Origin: Candidatus Magasanikiibacteriota bacterium | GTDB lineage: Bacteria; Patescibacteriota; Patescibacteriia; Magasanikbacterales; 2-02-FULL-50-9b | NCBI GenBank assembly: GCA_023246755.1 | Contig: JAHFHU010000002.1 | Location: forward strand, 3,702 to 67,701 | Direction of reading: 5' to 3' | Length of the DNA stretch: 64,000 nt | Shown: positions 28,809 through 39,195 of the stretch, piece by piece | Layout of the letters: the number at the start of each line of letters is the position of its first letter | Numbering within the stretch: position 1 is the first letter of the stretch | Program-made: the position numbers and the translations under genes | The notes under the pieces: generated by a model | Databases searched by the model: none | Seen by the model: the letters and a program-made list of their open reading frames with translations, nothing else | What the model was told of the DNA's origin: nothing

Positions 28809-29651
28809 ATGTTAATTGGTGCACATGTTTCAATGGCTGGCGGCGTGCAAAATGCTCCGGACAACGCAGGCGCGATCGGTGCCGAGTGTTTTCAGATGTT
28901 CACGCGCTCGCCGCAAGGTGGGCCGGCGCCCAAACTCACCCCCGAAATCATCGCGGATTTTTTGGCGCGCTGTAAACAACACAAAATCACCGAGTGGGTT
29001 GTGCACGCGCCGTATTACATCAACCTTGCGTCGGAAAAAGAGTCACTGCAAAAATCATCGGTGCGTGTTTTGCGCGAAGAGTTGGACCGCGATTCGCTCC
29101 TGCACGCAAAATATATGATGTTCCACCCGGGCAGCGCAAAAAATGTTGGCGCGGCGGCGGGCATCAAGTTTTCAATCGAAAATTGCCGACGCATTCTTGA
29201 TGGCTATGATGGACACACCGAGTTGCTCCTCGAAATTTCCGCGGGCGCCGGCGACGTTATTGGCGCAAATTTTGAAATTGTTGGTGAAATTTTGGCCGGC
29301 GTTGACGCGGACAAATCTTTGGCGCAAAAAATGAATGTGTGTTTCGATACGCAACACGCATTTGGTTCTGGATATGATTTGCGCGACGCGACGGCTGTTG
29401 ACGCGACGTTCAAAAAATTCGACAAGTTAATTGGCCTCTCGCGTTTAAAAATGTCGCACTGCAATGATTCGAAAATCGAGCTCGGCGGCCACAAAGATCG
29501 GCACGAGCATATCGGGGAAGGGTTGATCGGTGCGGCCGGTTTCAAAGCGATTTTGCACCACCCAAAATTGCAGCATATCAATTTATATTGCGAAACCGAG
29601 GGCACAAAAGTCGCCGACGATATCAAAAAATTAAAAAAGATGCGTGGATGA
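28809..29651 (+). CDS. nfo: endonuclease IV (AP endonuclease family 2)
   Basis: LIGAHVS…MFHPGS…TKVADDI follow the Nfo TIM-barrel metal-site pattern. Confidence 0.85.
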   Translation: MLIGAHVSMAGGVQNAPDNAGAIGAECFQMFTRSPQGGPAPKLTPEIIADFLARCKQHKITEWVVHAPYYINLASEKESLQKSSVRVLREELDRDSLLHAKYMMFHPGSAKNVGAAAGIKFSIENCRRILDGYDGHTELLLEISAGAGDVIGANFEIVGEILAGVDADKSLAQKMNVCFDTQHAFGSGYDLRDATAVDATFKKFDKLIGLSRLKMSHCNDSKIELGGHKDRHEHIGEGLIGAAGFKAILHHPKLQHINLYCETEGTKVADDIKKLKKMRG

Positions 29652-29868
29652 TATGAAAATTTCCGTGCGCGTTATTGCACATGCGAAACACAATTTAGTT
29701 GAAATCCAGCCCGATGGCTCATATCGTGTGCGGGTAACTGCGGCACCAACTGACGGAAAAGCAAATATAGCCGTGACGACCGCGCTTGCAAAATTTTTTG
29801 GATGTGCGAAATCGAATATTAAATTAATTTCTGGGGCAACGGCAAAAAATAAAGTTTTCCAGATTTAA
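29644..29868 (+). CDS. DUF167/YggU-family protein
   Basis: 74 aa with a GKANIAV…LAKFFG…ISGATAKNK pattern typical of UPF0235. Confidence 0.65.
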   Translation: MDDMKISVRVIAHAKHNLVEIQPDGSYRVRVTAAPTDGKANIAVTTALAKFFGCAKSNIKLISGATAKNKVFQI

Positions 29869-29890
29869 ACACATTAATTACCCAATATAA

Positions 29891-30145
29891 CTAAGCAAGA
29901 TCCTCCCCCCCGCGCGTAAATGGATTACATCTCAAAATTCTCCACAAGGCTCGCGCCCAACCGCCAAAAAAACCATATTTTAAAATTGCGAGGCGGCCGT
30001 ATTCGCTGCACGACGGCGAAAATTTGCAATAACCCGCAGGAAACGCGGCACGAAAAAAACCGTGGTCAGGCGAAATTGTTTTCTGATAGAGCCAAATGCC
30101 GAACACGCTTGCGCGCTGGGGCATCGACACAACAAAACGAATCAT
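29891..30145 (-). CDS. yidD: membrane protein insertion efficiency factor YidD
   Basis: CKFSPSCSEYG…RILRCNPFTRGGED signature. Adjacent to rnpA as in most bacteria. Confidence 0.85.
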   Translation of the reverse strand: MIRFVVSMPQRASVFGIWLYQKTISPDHGFFRAAFPAGYCKFSPSCSEYGRLAILKYGFFGGWARALWRILRCNPFTRGGEDLA

Positions 30146-30501
30146 ATTTTCCCCCGCGCCACAATCCCGACGCGTTCAAAAAAAATTTTAAAAAACTCTC
30201 GCCGCCGATCGTCCTCAACTCGAACAGCCGCGGCTCTAATCATCACAACCACATCGAGCGCACCGTTCATTGCACCACGCTCAACCGCAACACGCAACAC
30301 ATCGCGCGCCTGCCGCTTCACCCGATTGCGCACCACAGCCAGTTTTGAAACACCTCCCGCAACGATCACGCATACACGCGGCCGCCCCAGCGTATTGCCC
30401 GACACATACAAAGAACACTCGGGACAGCTAAACCGCTTTCCGAGTTTCAAAACCCGTTTAATATCCTTATCAGCTGCAATGCGAAATTCGCGTGCAAGCA
30501 T
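30142..30501 (-). CDS. rnpA: ribonuclease P protein component
   Basis: RNR motif region VVRNRVKRQARDV. Position between rpmH and yidD. Confidence 0.85.
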   Translation of the reverse strand: MLAREFRIAADKDIKRVLKLGKRFSCPECSLYVSGNTLGRPRVCVIVAGGVSKLAVVRNRVKRQARDVLRVAVERGAMNGALDVVVMIRAAAVRVEDDRRREFFKIFFERVGIVARGKI

Positions 30502-30513
30502 GTCAGGGTAAAA

Positions 30514-30663
30514 TTATTTTTCCGAAGAAACCGTGAGCTTCGTGCGGCCCTTTGTTCGGCGACGTGCCAAAACCTTACGGCCGTTTTTTGTGCTCATACG
30601 CTCGCGAAAACCGTGTGTTTTTGCGCGCTTTCGCTTCTTTGGTTGATATGTTCGCTTTGGCAT
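30514..30663 (-). CDS. rpmH: 50S ribosomal protein L34
   Basis: Hand-translated, it gives [49 protein letters not shown]. It is absent from the ORF track because it is under 60 aa. Confidence 0.9.
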   Translation of the reverse strand: MPKRTYQPKKRKRAKTHGFRERMSTKNGRKVLARRRTKGRTKLTVSSEK

Positions 30664-30739
30664 AGTAATAAGTAGAAGGATTATAGCGGATTAGCTCAAT
30701 CTTGTCGACCCCCCAACACACCAAAGAGTTTTCAACAGA

Positions 30740-30778
30740 TTTTCCACAAGTTATACACAAAATATACACTTATCCACA
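30740..30778. promoter_or_regulatory. DnaA-box cluster upstream of dnaA (TTTTCCACA, TTATACACA, perfect TTATCCACA)
   Basis: Boxes at 30740-30748, 30751-30759 and 30770-30778, in the rpmH-dnaA intergenic region. Confidence 0.6.
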
Positions 30779-30822
30779 GTTGCTAACTGTGTTATATTAC
30801 CACCACTTCACCGAAAGACCCT

Positions 30823-32301
30823 ATGACACCACACGAATTATGGCACGCCGTACTCGGCGAGCTCGAATTAACGCTAAGCCAAGCCAATTTTAAGACGTGG
30901 TTCGGACAATCACAGCTGCAGAGCTTTGAACATGGGTCAGTTACGATCACCGTTCCGAATGGGGTTGCAAAGCAATGGCTTGAAAACAAATATCAAAAAC
31001 AGATAATTCACTCCATTGAGCGAATTCTTGAGCAGCCTGTTCAAAAAATAATTTTCAAGATCGAATCGCCCGCAAAACCAAGCCTCGCTGGATTTATTTC
31101 TCAAGAAATTGCGCCGCCAGCACCAACACAAACGCAGCCGCAGCAAACCCAACAAAATCAATACTTTGCACCTACACAACCACAACAAAAATCTCAATTC
31201 ATCACGCGCGCCGATGCGCCGCCATCGATGCAAACAACGGTCACCGAACGCATCGAAGCAAAAAATAAGTTTGGTCTCAACCCGCGTTACACATTTGAAA
31301 CGTTCATTGTTGGCAAAACCAACGAACTCGCGCATGCGGCCGCACAAGCAATCGCAAATCGTCCGGGCGAGGTCTACAATCCGCTCTTCATATATGGTGG
31401 CGTTGGACTCGGAAAAACCCACCTTATCCAAGCGATCGGCAACCGAATCTCCGCAAACGACCCAAACGTTCGAATTCTCTACATCTCATCAGAACGCTTT
31501 ACCAATGAATTTGTTGCTGCAATTCGCTCGGGCAGCATTAAACAATTTAAGGAAACATACCGCGGCATAGACCTTCTCCTCATCGATGACATCCAATTTA
31601 TCGCGGGAAAAACCGAAACGCAAGAGGAGTTTTTTCACACATTTAACGAACTACACCAAGCAAATAAACAGATTGTGATGACCTCCGATCGTCCGCCCAA
31701 GGCAATTCCGGGTCTCGAAGATCGTCTCCGGTCACGTTTTGAGTGGGGCATGATTGCGGATGTTGCGTCACCGGACCTTGAAACACGTGTTGCGATTCTC
31801 GAGTCAAAATGCGCTGAAAAAAAATGCAGCCTTTCAAAAGAGCTTTTGCAAGTAATCGCAACGCTGGTTAAAAGCAACATCCGAGAACTCGAGGGCGCGC
31901 TCAATAAAATTCTCGCACACCATCAACTCCGCGGCGAAAGTCCCTCAGTTGATTCAGTCAAAACGCTTTTATCAAGCTATGATGAGCAATCGTACAGGAA
32001 ATCACTAACCCCAAAGGAGCTCACCACGATTGTTTCGCAATATTTCGACGTGAGTATTGATGAACTCATGAGCCCAAACCGAGAAAAACGACTTGCGTTT
32101 CCTCGTCAAATCATCATGTATCTCTTGCGTGAGGAGTTAAAGTGTTCATTTCCATCGATCGGGCAGGAACTTGGTGGCCGCGACCACACCACCGCGATGC
32201 ACGCGTACGAAAAAATTACGCGCGAGCTTGAAAATGATATGAAGCTCAAACAGGATATCGCGGCCATCCGCCAGCGGTTATACACAATTGCACATGGATA
32301 A
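30823..32301 (+). CDS. dnaA: chromosomal replication initiator protein DnaA
   Basis: AAA+ Walker A GGVGLGKTHL, sensor motifs, and C-terminal DNA-binding domain. Q/P-rich linker. Confidence 0.95.
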   Translation: MTPHELWHAVLGELELTLSQANFKTWFGQSQLQSFEHGSVTITVPNGVAKQWLENKYQKQIIHSIERILEQPVQKIIFKIESPAKPSLAGFISQEIAPPAPTQTQPQQTQQNQYFAPTQPQQKSQFITRADAPPSMQTTVTERIEAKNKFGLNPRYTFETFIVGKTNELAHAAAQAIANRPGEVYNPLFIYGGVGLGKTHLIQAIGNRISANDPNVRILYISSERFTNEFVAAIRSGSIKQFKETYRGIDLLLIDDIQFIAGKTETQEEFFHTFNELHQANKQIVMTSDRPPKAIPGLEDRLRSRFEWGMIADVASPDLETRVAILESKCAEKKCSLSKELLQVIATLVKSNIRELEGALNKILAHHQLRGESPSVDSVKTLLSSYDEQSYRKSLTPKELTTIVSQYFDVSIDELMSPNREKRLAFPRQIIMYLLREELKCSFPSIGQELGGRDHTTAMHAYEKITRELENDMKLKQDIAAIRQRLYTIAHG

Positions 32302-32575
32302 GTTGCGGATAGACTCTGGACAAGTTCTTTATAAGTTCCGCAAAACCTGTTACAAAGTACGTGGATATCGTGGTGGATAACTCGTATTTTATACACAGAA
32401 ACTCCACACGCAAATTGCATACACCAACATATACACCGTTCATGCGGAATTCACGCACAGGCGATGTGCACCGGTGGATTGTCTGTATAACCGCATGGTT
32501 GCGCGCTCAAAAAGGCCTTATCCACTTTTCCACCGCCCCTACTACTATTACTAGAAATACATAAAGAAACAGAAT
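32302..32575. other. predicted oriC: DnaA-box cluster plus AT-rich unwinding element in the dnaA-dnaN intergenic region
   Basis: GTGGATAAC (32373-32381), TTATACACA (32389-32397), TTATCCACT/TTTTCCACC (32518-32534), a TGGATAT-like box, and the AT-rich stretch CTACTACTATTACTAGAAATACATAAAGAAACAGAAT before dnaN. Confidence 0.6.
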
Positions 32576-33691
32576 ATGAAATTCACGTGTACTAAAGAAA
32601 ATTTTTTACAAGGAATTCAAGCAGTCTCTTCGATTACCGGAAAGCAAGTTCACTTACCGATACTCAACAACATTTTATTATTAGCAGAACCAACAGGTCT
32701 CAAAGCGATCGGAACAAATCTGGAACTTTCTATCGTTGCAACAATTCGTGGTAAGGTTGAGATTGCCGGAACCTTTACTGTTCCTGCTAAGATGCTCGTT
32801 GAATATATTTCGCTGCTTCCGAATGAAGCGCATATCGATTGTGAATTAGATGGCGTTGAGTTGATTTTGAAATCAGGTCGTCAGCGTACGAAAATGAAGG
32901 GCGCGCCTGCGACGGATTTCCCCGCTGTGCCGCCGGTTGAAAAAAACAATGAACTTGTTTTTCCCGCGGATCGTTTAAAGCGCGCGCTTCAACGTGTACT
33001 CATGTCGGTTTCGCACAGTGAAGTTCGACCAGAGCTGCAAGGTGTTCTGCTTTTTTCAGAAAATACGGATCAGTTGCGTGCGACGCTTGCTTCAACCGAT
33101 AGCTACCGTCTTTCGGAAGTGCACGTTGAATTACTCAATCAATCGAGTGTCGCGGTGCGCGTTATTATTCCGCAAAAAGCTGCACAGGAAATCCACAGAC
33201 TTCTCCCCAACTCAAATGAACCGACCGCTCTCGTGCTCGGCGAGGGTCAGATTTCATGTGTGATTGGCGACGTTCATCTTGTTTCGCGACTGATCGATGG
33301 GACTTATCCCGATTATCGACAGATTATCCCCAAGACATGGAATACTGAATTGAAAGCGCCTGTTGAAGAAACGCTCAAGGCGATTAAAGCCGCCTCACTT
33401 TTTGCAACACAGGGTGTGAGCGCGGTTTCGCTCGAGCTCAAACCAGCTTCGGAAATTCTCAACATCACATCCGCCTCAACGCAGGCTGGCGAACACTCGG
33501 CTGACATTTCGGTTGAAGGCGTCGGGGTTGATAATAAAGTTATTTTGAACCATCGTTTTTTGGTTGATGGGCTTTTGTCGGTCGACGATGAGCGGGTAAT
33601 TTTAAAAGTGGTGAATAGTGAGTCGCCGTGTTTGCTGCAACCGGAAAAAACAGATGATTATTTATATATCATCATGCCGATTCGCCAATAA
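32576..33691 (+). CDS. dnaN: DNA polymerase III subunit beta (sliding clamp)
   Basis: Three-domain clamp pattern. Immediately downstream of dnaA. Confidence 0.9.
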   Translation: MKFTCTKENFLQGIQAVSSITGKQVHLPILNNILLLAEPTGLKAIGTNLELSIVATIRGKVEIAGTFTVPAKMLVEYISLLPNEAHIDCELDGVELILKSGRQRTKMKGAPATDFPAVPPVEKNNELVFPADRLKRALQRVLMSVSHSEVRPELQGVLLFSENTDQLRATLASTDSYRLSEVHVELLNQSSVAVRVIIPQKAAQEIHRLLPNSNEPTALVLGEGQISCVIGDVHLVSRLIDGTYPDYRQIIPKTWNTELKAPVEETLKAIKAASLFATQGVSAVSLELKPASEILNITSASTQAGEHSADISVEGVGVDNKVILNHRFLVDGLLSVDDERVILKVVNSESPCLLQPEKTDDYLYIIMPIRQ

Positions 33692-33701
33692 TTTACAATT
33701 A

Positions 33702-33750
33702 AAAAACGCACCATCTTTGTTCGAATACAAAATTGGTGCGCTTTTTATTT
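33702..33750. terminator. bidirectional intrinsic terminator between convergent dnaN and the 3D-domain gene
   Basis: AAAAAAC-GCACCA…TGGTGC-GCTTTTTATTTT. Confidence 0.6.
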
Positions 33751-34283
33751 TATTCAATGATCTGAACTCGGGTGTGTTTGACGCCGAAATGTTTTGCTGA
33801 TGCACGCGATGGCATCCACACGTCGAAACGACCTGACTCGTAGCGCGCGTTCATGCGATCGTTGACGGTGAAGACCTTGTCTCCGAAAATGTCGGGAATA
33901 CGAATTTTTGTGTTATACGGAAGCCAGTTTGCTGCGATCAACCCGTCGTACACGCGCTTACCATTTGAAGTGATAAAGGGTGTGTCGTCGGTTTGATCAG
34001 GGCTTGATGAGTATGCGGTCGCGGTGACGGTGATTGTTCGTTTAATCGTCACAAGCGACGGGGTACTTGGAGGCTCATCTCCTGAAAGCTCCACCGTTGC
34101 GTGATCAAAATCAGGTGTTTCAATTGTTTGGGCGCGAACAACCTGTGGTTTGATAGAATGGACGATGAGTGCAGCAAATACAGCACAAATAACAAGTTTT
34201 TCCGCTCTGTTAAGCTGTTTTATTGTTGTTGATCTCATAGTTTTGAGGAAGTAAATAGTATCACAAAACCTCGTTTTTGTCAA
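33750..34283 (-). CDS. 3D-domain (MltA/YocH-like) cell-wall protein
   Basis: TATAYSSSPDQTDDTPFITSNGKRV…NDRMNARY… carries the three conserved Asp of the 3D domain. N-terminal TM anchor. Confidence 0.65.
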   Translation of the reverse strand: MTKTRFCDTIYFLKTMRSTTIKQLNRAEKLVICAVFAALIVHSIKPQVVRAQTIETPDFDHATVELSGDEPPSTPSLVTIKRTITVTATAYSSSPDQTDDTPFITSNGKRVYDGLIAANWLPYNTKIRIPDIFGDKVFTVNDRMNARYESGRFDVWMPSRASAKHFGVKHTRVQIIE

Positions 34284-34336
34284 CGGGCCCGCTTTCTGCT
34301 ACCGTTAGAAGCGAGAATCTTTGTTTTTAATGTTAC

Positions 34337-36871
34337 ATGCAGAAAAAAAATAAAATCTTCAAAGAAAAAATTGTTAGATTGGGCGTTACGAATCACAACA
34401 GTCTTTGGAGTAAATTTCGCCATAATTTTACAATCGGTCGCCTATTGGGCGTTGCCGCAATTTTTTCGATTATCGGATTTTTTTGCATTACGATTTTTAT
34501 CGCGTGGCTCACCCGAGATTTACCAGATCCTGATCATCTACAAGATCGTGTCATCGTCGAAAGCACAAAAATGTTTGATCGAACGGGCAAGCATCTTTTG
34601 TATGAGTTGTACGATGAAAAAAAACGCACGGTGGTTGATGTTGCCGCGCTTCCCCGCTATATCATCGACGCGACTATTTCAATTGAAGACGCTCATTTTT
34701 ACGAGCACAAGGGTATTCGGTGGACAAGTTTGGTTCGTGCGATTGTTTCAGATGTGCTGCGTTTATCGAGTGGTCGCGGTGGCGCATCGACGTTGACCCA
34801 GCAACTCGTGAAAAACGCAATTTTGACGAATGAAAAAAGTTTGACGCGTAAAATTAAAGAAGGAATTCTCGCGTTGCAGATCGAGCGTATTTATTCGAAA
34901 GATCAAATTTTGAAATTATATTTCAACGAAATTCCATATGGTTCAACAAATTATGGCATTGAATCTGCGGCGCAAGCATATTTTGGGAAGTCGGCAAAAA
35001 ATTTAACACTCGCGGAAGCTGCTACCGTTGCTGCGATGCCACAGGCGCCGACGCGCTATTTGCAAAACCCAAAATTACTGCGTGGTCGACGTGACTACAT
35101 TCTTACAAAAATGCGCGAATATAATTATATAACCGAAGCACAGATGCAGGACGCGCAATCGCAAACTTCGGATGTGCACGTGGTTCAGGCAACATCAATC
35201 GCGCCGCACTTTGTGATGTATATCAAAGAGCAGTTGGTAAATGCGTATGGCGAAAAAAAGGTTGATCAGGGTGGGCTTCGAGTTACGACAACGCTTGATT
35301 TTGATGCGCAGGTTGCGGCAAACGCTGCGGTCGCACACGGAGTTGATGCGGCGGAAAAAAAATACGGTGCGACAAACGGCGCGCTGCTTTCGGTCGATGC
35401 GACAAACGGCGATATTTTGGCGATGGTTGGGTCGCGAAATTTTTCAGACGACGCACACGGCGGGCAATTTAACGTCGTAACACAGGGGGTTCGTCAGCCA
35501 GGCTCGTCGTTTAAACCAATTGTGTATTCCGCTGTGTTTGAAAAGGGTTTTCCCCCGGAAACGGTTTTGTTCGATGTTGAAACAGATTTTCCGTATGATG
35601 GAAAAACGTATCATCCACACAATTACGATGGCGCGACGCGCGGGCCTGTCACGATGCGACAGGCGCTTCAGGGCTCGCTTAATATTCCTGCAGTGAAAGC
35701 TGTTTTTCTTGTTGGCATCGACGGCGCGCTTGATTTTGCGCAACGACTCGGCTACACGACGTTTGGAGATCGATCACAATTTGGGCCTTCGGTTGTGCTC
35801 GGCGGCGGCGGTGTGCGTTTGATTGAGCATGTGCGTGCGTTTGACGCGTTTGCAAACGGAGGCAAGATGAATGAGCTGTTCGGAATTTTGAAAGTCGAAG
35901 ACCATAGCGGAGCCGACATCACGCCAAAGAAAAAAGATGCAAAACAGGTTTTGTCCCCCGAGCTTGCGGCGACAATTTCGAGTGTGCTTTCGGATAATCC
36001 GTCGCGCGCATATATTTTTGGAGAGAAAAATCATTTAACGTTGGGCGATCGGCCGGTTGCGGCAAAGACGGGTACGACGAATGACTATCATGACGCATGG
36101 ACCATGGGTTACACACCGCAAATTGTGACCGGTGTTTGGGTTGGAAACAACGATAATTCGGTGATGAAGCGCGGCGCGGACGGATCTGTGGTCGCAGCGC
36201 CAATCTGGCAAGAGTTTATGGCGGCCGCGACAAAAAAATTGCCGATCGTTTCGTTTCCTGACGCGCCCGCGAATGTCGCAACTAATCCGATGCTGCAAGG
36301 TTTGGTTGGTGGCGGAATTACCGTTGCGATTGATACCGTGACGGGTAAACGCGCGACTGAATTTACGCCGCCCGAAACAACGATTAAAAAAGTTTTTATT
36401 CCTGCGCACGATATTTTATTTTACGTCAATCCGGAAGATCCGCTGGGCGCTTCGCCGAGTGATCCGTCGGTGCACCCTGAATATGCCGCATGGGAGGCGG
36501 GTGTTCAAAAGTGGGTTGCCGCAAAAGCCGGAAGTGGAACCGTATTTGGTGAGCCGCCAACAGAATTTGATGACGTTCATAAAAAAGAATTTCAGCCGGT
36601 TATTTTAATTACCGCGCCGCAAGCCGGCGGTTCGGTTAGCGGTTCAATTATTGTGCCACAAGTTACGGTGACGTCTGTGCGTGGCGTTCAGCGCGTTGAA
36701 TATCGAATTGATGGGCAGCTCGTTGGAACCGTTAATTCGTTTCCGTATACTTTAACGATCCCCGCGGCAGGAATCAAGCAGGGCATCCACACACTCGAAG
36801 TTTCAGCGTTTGACGATGTTGGAAATAAGTCCGTGCAGAGTCTAGAGTTTCATTATTCCGAGAACGGATAG
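34337..36871 (+). CDS. class A penicillin-binding protein (bifunctional transglycosylase/transpeptidase, PBP1A-like) with C-terminal Ig-like domain
   Basis: GT51 motifs EDAHFYEHKGI, GASTLTQQL and RKIKE. Transpeptidase SSFKP, SLN-like and KTGTT. N-terminal TM anchor. Confidence 0.9.
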   Translation: MQKKNKIFKEKIVRLGVTNHNSLWSKFRHNFTIGRLLGVAAIFSIIGFFCITIFIAWLTRDLPDPDHLQDRVIVESTKMFDRTGKHLLYELYDEKKRTVVDVAALPRYIIDATISIEDAHFYEHKGIRWTSLVRAIVSDVLRLSSGRGGASTLTQQLVKNAILTNEKSLTRKIKEGILALQIERIYSKDQILKLYFNEIPYGSTNYGIESAAQAYFGKSAKNLTLAEAATVAAMPQAPTRYLQNPKLLRGRRDYILTKMREYNYITEAQMQDAQSQTSDVHVVQATSIAPHFVMYIKEQLVNAYGEKKVDQGGLRVTTTLDFDAQVAANAAVAHGVDAAEKKYGATNGALLSVDATNGDILAMVGSRNFSDDAHGGQFNVVTQGVRQPGSSFKPIVYSAVFEKGFPPETVLFDVETDFPYDGKTYHPHNYDGATRGPVTMRQALQGSLNIPAVKAVFLVGIDGALDFAQRLGYTTFGDRSQFGPSVVLGGGGVRLIEHVRAFDAFANGGKMNELFGILKVEDHSGADITPKKKDAKQVLSPELAATISSVLSDNPSRAYIFGEKNHLTLGDRPVAAKTGTTNDYHDAWTMGYTPQIVTGVWVGNNDNSVMKRGADGSVVAAPIWQEFMAAATKKLPIVSFPDAPANVATNPMLQGLVGGGITVAIDTVTGKRATEFTPPETTIKKVFIPAHDILFYVNPEDPLGASPSDPSVHPEYAAWEAGVQKWVAAKAGSGTVFGEPPTEFDDVHKKEFQPVILITAPQAGGSVSGSIIVPQVTVTSVRGVQRVEYRIDGQLVGTVNSFPYTLTIPAAGIKQGIHTLEVSAFDDVGNKSVQSLEFHYSENG

Positions 36872-36908
36872 TTGCCGGATCCTGCACCATTCGATAGAAT
36901 AGTGCTGC

Positions 36909-36980
<72 letters not shown>

Positions 36981-36985
36981 TTAAA

Positions 36986-37014
36986 GCCCCTCACCTTTGC
37001 GGTGAGGTTTTTTA
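36986..37014 (+). terminator. intrinsic terminator after tRNA-Cys
   Basis: CCTCACC-tttgc-GGTGAGG followed by TTTTTT. Confidence 0.65.
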
Positions 37015-37022
37015 ATTCCCGC

Positions 37023-37051
37023 TTGACACTTTGTGCCTTTCGCATTATAAT
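37023..37051 (+). promoter_or_regulatory. perfect consensus promoter TTGACA-17-TATAAT driving the GC-rich two-gene cassette
   Basis: gcTTGACActttgtgcctttcgcatTATAATctc. Confidence 0.65.
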
Positions 37052-37146
37052 CTCGCCCACTTGTCTGAAGCCGTGCATGCCCGCTGTGGGTTTGTGAGGT
37101 GGATGCTTTTGCGGACCGCTCCGTGTAGCGGCCGTTGGGTGTATTG

Positions 37147-38085
37147 ATGAATTTCAATCAATTTCCTTCGTTCAAGATCGCGAGCCTCATGGTTCATTTC
37201 AATGATCCAAAGTTTGCGGGTACCAGCTTGGTCGCGTCCAACATCGGCGCTGTGCTGATCGATCGGGTGATTTCGGGCAACATCGTTGCGGTTCCACTTG
37301 GCGAGCAGGCCACGAGCGACGACAAGTCTGGTAAGTTTCTGCTCCAAACTGCAGCACAGATCGTTCTCGAGGGCCAGCCGTTCACCCTGATCACGATGAT
37401 CGGTGATCGCCAAATCGGCGCGCCGTCGGATCACCTCTTCGTTGCGGCCTCTGCGTTCGTCAAAGGAACAGAGGGAAACAACCTCTCGGGCGATCACACG
37501 TTGAGCGACGGCCGCGATGGCGTGCAGCACAGCGCGCTGATCGACAAGGACGGTGTTGTCTTTGCAATGCCGGATGTGCGCGACGTTACGCAGTTTGAGT
37601 TCGGCAACACGTCGTACGCGCTTGCGTTGACCGATAACGCGATCAAACTGGTTGTTGGCGTTCGTGCGGGCAAGGTTCGCTACAGCAACGCTGCGTTGTT
37701 GCAATCGGGTGGCGCGTTGAACCTGCGCGCGGTCGCTTCGATGGGCCGCTTGATCGAGGTTGACGGCGAGAAACGGGCTGTTTCGATTCTCAACATGCGC
37801 ACTCAGCCGGACACGGTTTGCGAACAGGGACAGTTCGTGGTTCTCGAGACTCGTCGGATCGGCGCAAACGGTTTCAAGATGCGCATCATCGGGACCATGA
37901 ACATGGACAGCGGCGTGAAAGTCGCCTACGGGCCGGTGACGGGTGATCCGGAGCGCTTTGCGTTCGGTGCGCAGGACGGCGAGATTCAGCTCACCTTGAC
38001 CCGTGTGGTGCTCGCGGAGATGATTGCGGCGGAAAAACTCAGCGCGCAGCCGCAGCCACAGCCACAGCAGCACATCGGTTTTTAG
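37147..38085 (+). CDS. hypothetical beta-rich protein (GC-rich cassette gene 1)
   Basis: 312-aa ORF with balanced composition. The antisense 417-aa ORF is Arg-rich, as expected for an antisense frame in GC-rich DNA. ~60% GC, against ~47% in flanking genes. Confidence 0.5.
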   Translation: MNFNQFPSFKIASLMVHFNDPKFAGTSLVASNIGAVLIDRVISGNIVAVPLGEQATSDDKSGKFLLQTAAQIVLEGQPFTLITMIGDRQIGAPSDHLFVAASAFVKGTEGNNLSGDHTLSDGRDGVQHSALIDKDGVVFAMPDVRDVTQFEFGNTSYALALTDNAIKLVVGVRAGKVRYSNAALLQSGGALNLRAVASMGRLIEVDGEKRAVSILNMRTQPDTVCEQGQFVVLETRRIGANGFKMRIIGTMNMDSGVKVAYGPVTGDPERFAFGAQDGEIQLTLTRVVLAEMIAAEKLSAQPQPQPQQHIGF

Positions 38086-38286
38086 TAGCCTCGGCTCAGG
38101 TCCCACGTCGGCCATCGGCTCAGGTCGCCTCTCCACAAAAGAAGTGCGTAGTCGGCAGGGTTTTCTCTGCTGCACACACTTTTTTTGTGGGAGGTGTTTT
38201 TTGTTTATGCGGGCTATGGACAATTTTGAATATATGCCGTATACTTCCTCCCCCCCCCACTTACATTGTCGACAAGGAGTCGTTTC

Positions 38287-39150
38287 ATGGTATTTCATCG
38301 GGTTCGGTCACTGCTGTTCAGTCAAGTTAGGTCTCGCGAAGAAATGCATTTATTGCCGCTCACCGCGAGTCATTGGCTTGATCCGGCTGAAATTACTGCG
38401 GTTCTCATCGATCTGCATAGTTACAAAGCGTTTTACTCGACTTCCCCCGAGATCGAAATTTCGGCTCGCTTTGCGACGATTCAGTCGCTTCAGCGGATTC
38501 GATTGGTCAGTCAAGGCACCTTGCCGCTGAATCGCGAACAAACGTTTGTGACGATCGGCATGTGGGATCCGTGTTTTGAGATTAATCAAATCGCGCTGGA
38601 GGACGCGATTGGTCTCATCAGCGGCGTGATTTCAGGCGATTCGTTTGCGGGACTTGGACATTTCAATCGTCAAACGACCATGAGCTACTGTTATATAAGT
38701 GGCTATTTGTACCATGAGCGCTGCACGCTTGATTACGGTCGACTTTTTGTTGACTCACCCGCCGAAACACTTGTGCGTCGTAAGCCGAGTGGTTTCGAGA
38801 CTCTGTCTAAAATCGGTGTTTGGTCGCCCGTTCAGATGGGTGAATTGAATTCGGATTTTATCACGGGTTGTTGGCTGATGGGTCGTCAGGAATTTGCCGA
38901 ATCGGGCGGTTCAGATCGCGCGGTGGTGCGTTTGAGCAATGGTCGGATGCGCGGGGTTGATGTTATGTTTCGGTGCGACGCAGGGCTGATTCGGGTTCAT
39001 GAGCTCGGCGGACCACTGAGCTTGCCCGGAATTTATTTGGGGCATCGCGCAGGTCAGCGGAATCAGGATTTGCCGCGGAGCGTTATCAGTGTGCATCGGG
39101 GTGGTCGATTGACGCGTTCAGGCGTGTTTGCGTTGTCGGTTGCCAAGTGA
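38287..39150 (+). CDS. hypothetical protein (GC-rich cassette gene 2)
   Basis: 287-aa ORF starting at ATG preceded by AGGAG. No recognised motif. Confidence 0.45.
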   Translation: MVFHRVRSLLFSQVRSREEMHLLPLTASHWLDPAEITAVLIDLHSYKAFYSTSPEIEISARFATIQSLQRIRLVSQGTLPLNREQTFVTIGMWDPCFEINQIALEDAIGLISGVISGDSFAGLGHFNRQTTMSYCYISGYLYHERCTLDYGRLFVDSPAETLVRRKPSGFETLSKIGVWSPVQMGELNSDFITGCWLMGRQEFAESGGSDRAVVRLSNGRMRGVDVMFRCDAGLIRVHELGGPLSLPGIYLGHRAGQRNQDLPRSVISVHRGGRLTRSGVFALSVAK

Positions 39151-39195
39151 GATCGGTAGGAACTTTGCGCGCGAGACATTTGCGCGCAGTGTGTT

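Noticed and set aside
37045-38298. 417-aa minus-strand ORF covering the GC-rich cassette
   Set aside because: Extremely Arg-rich, typical of an antisense frame in GC-rich DNA. The plus-strand ORFs have balanced composition and are bracketed by a promoter and terminator in the plus orientation.
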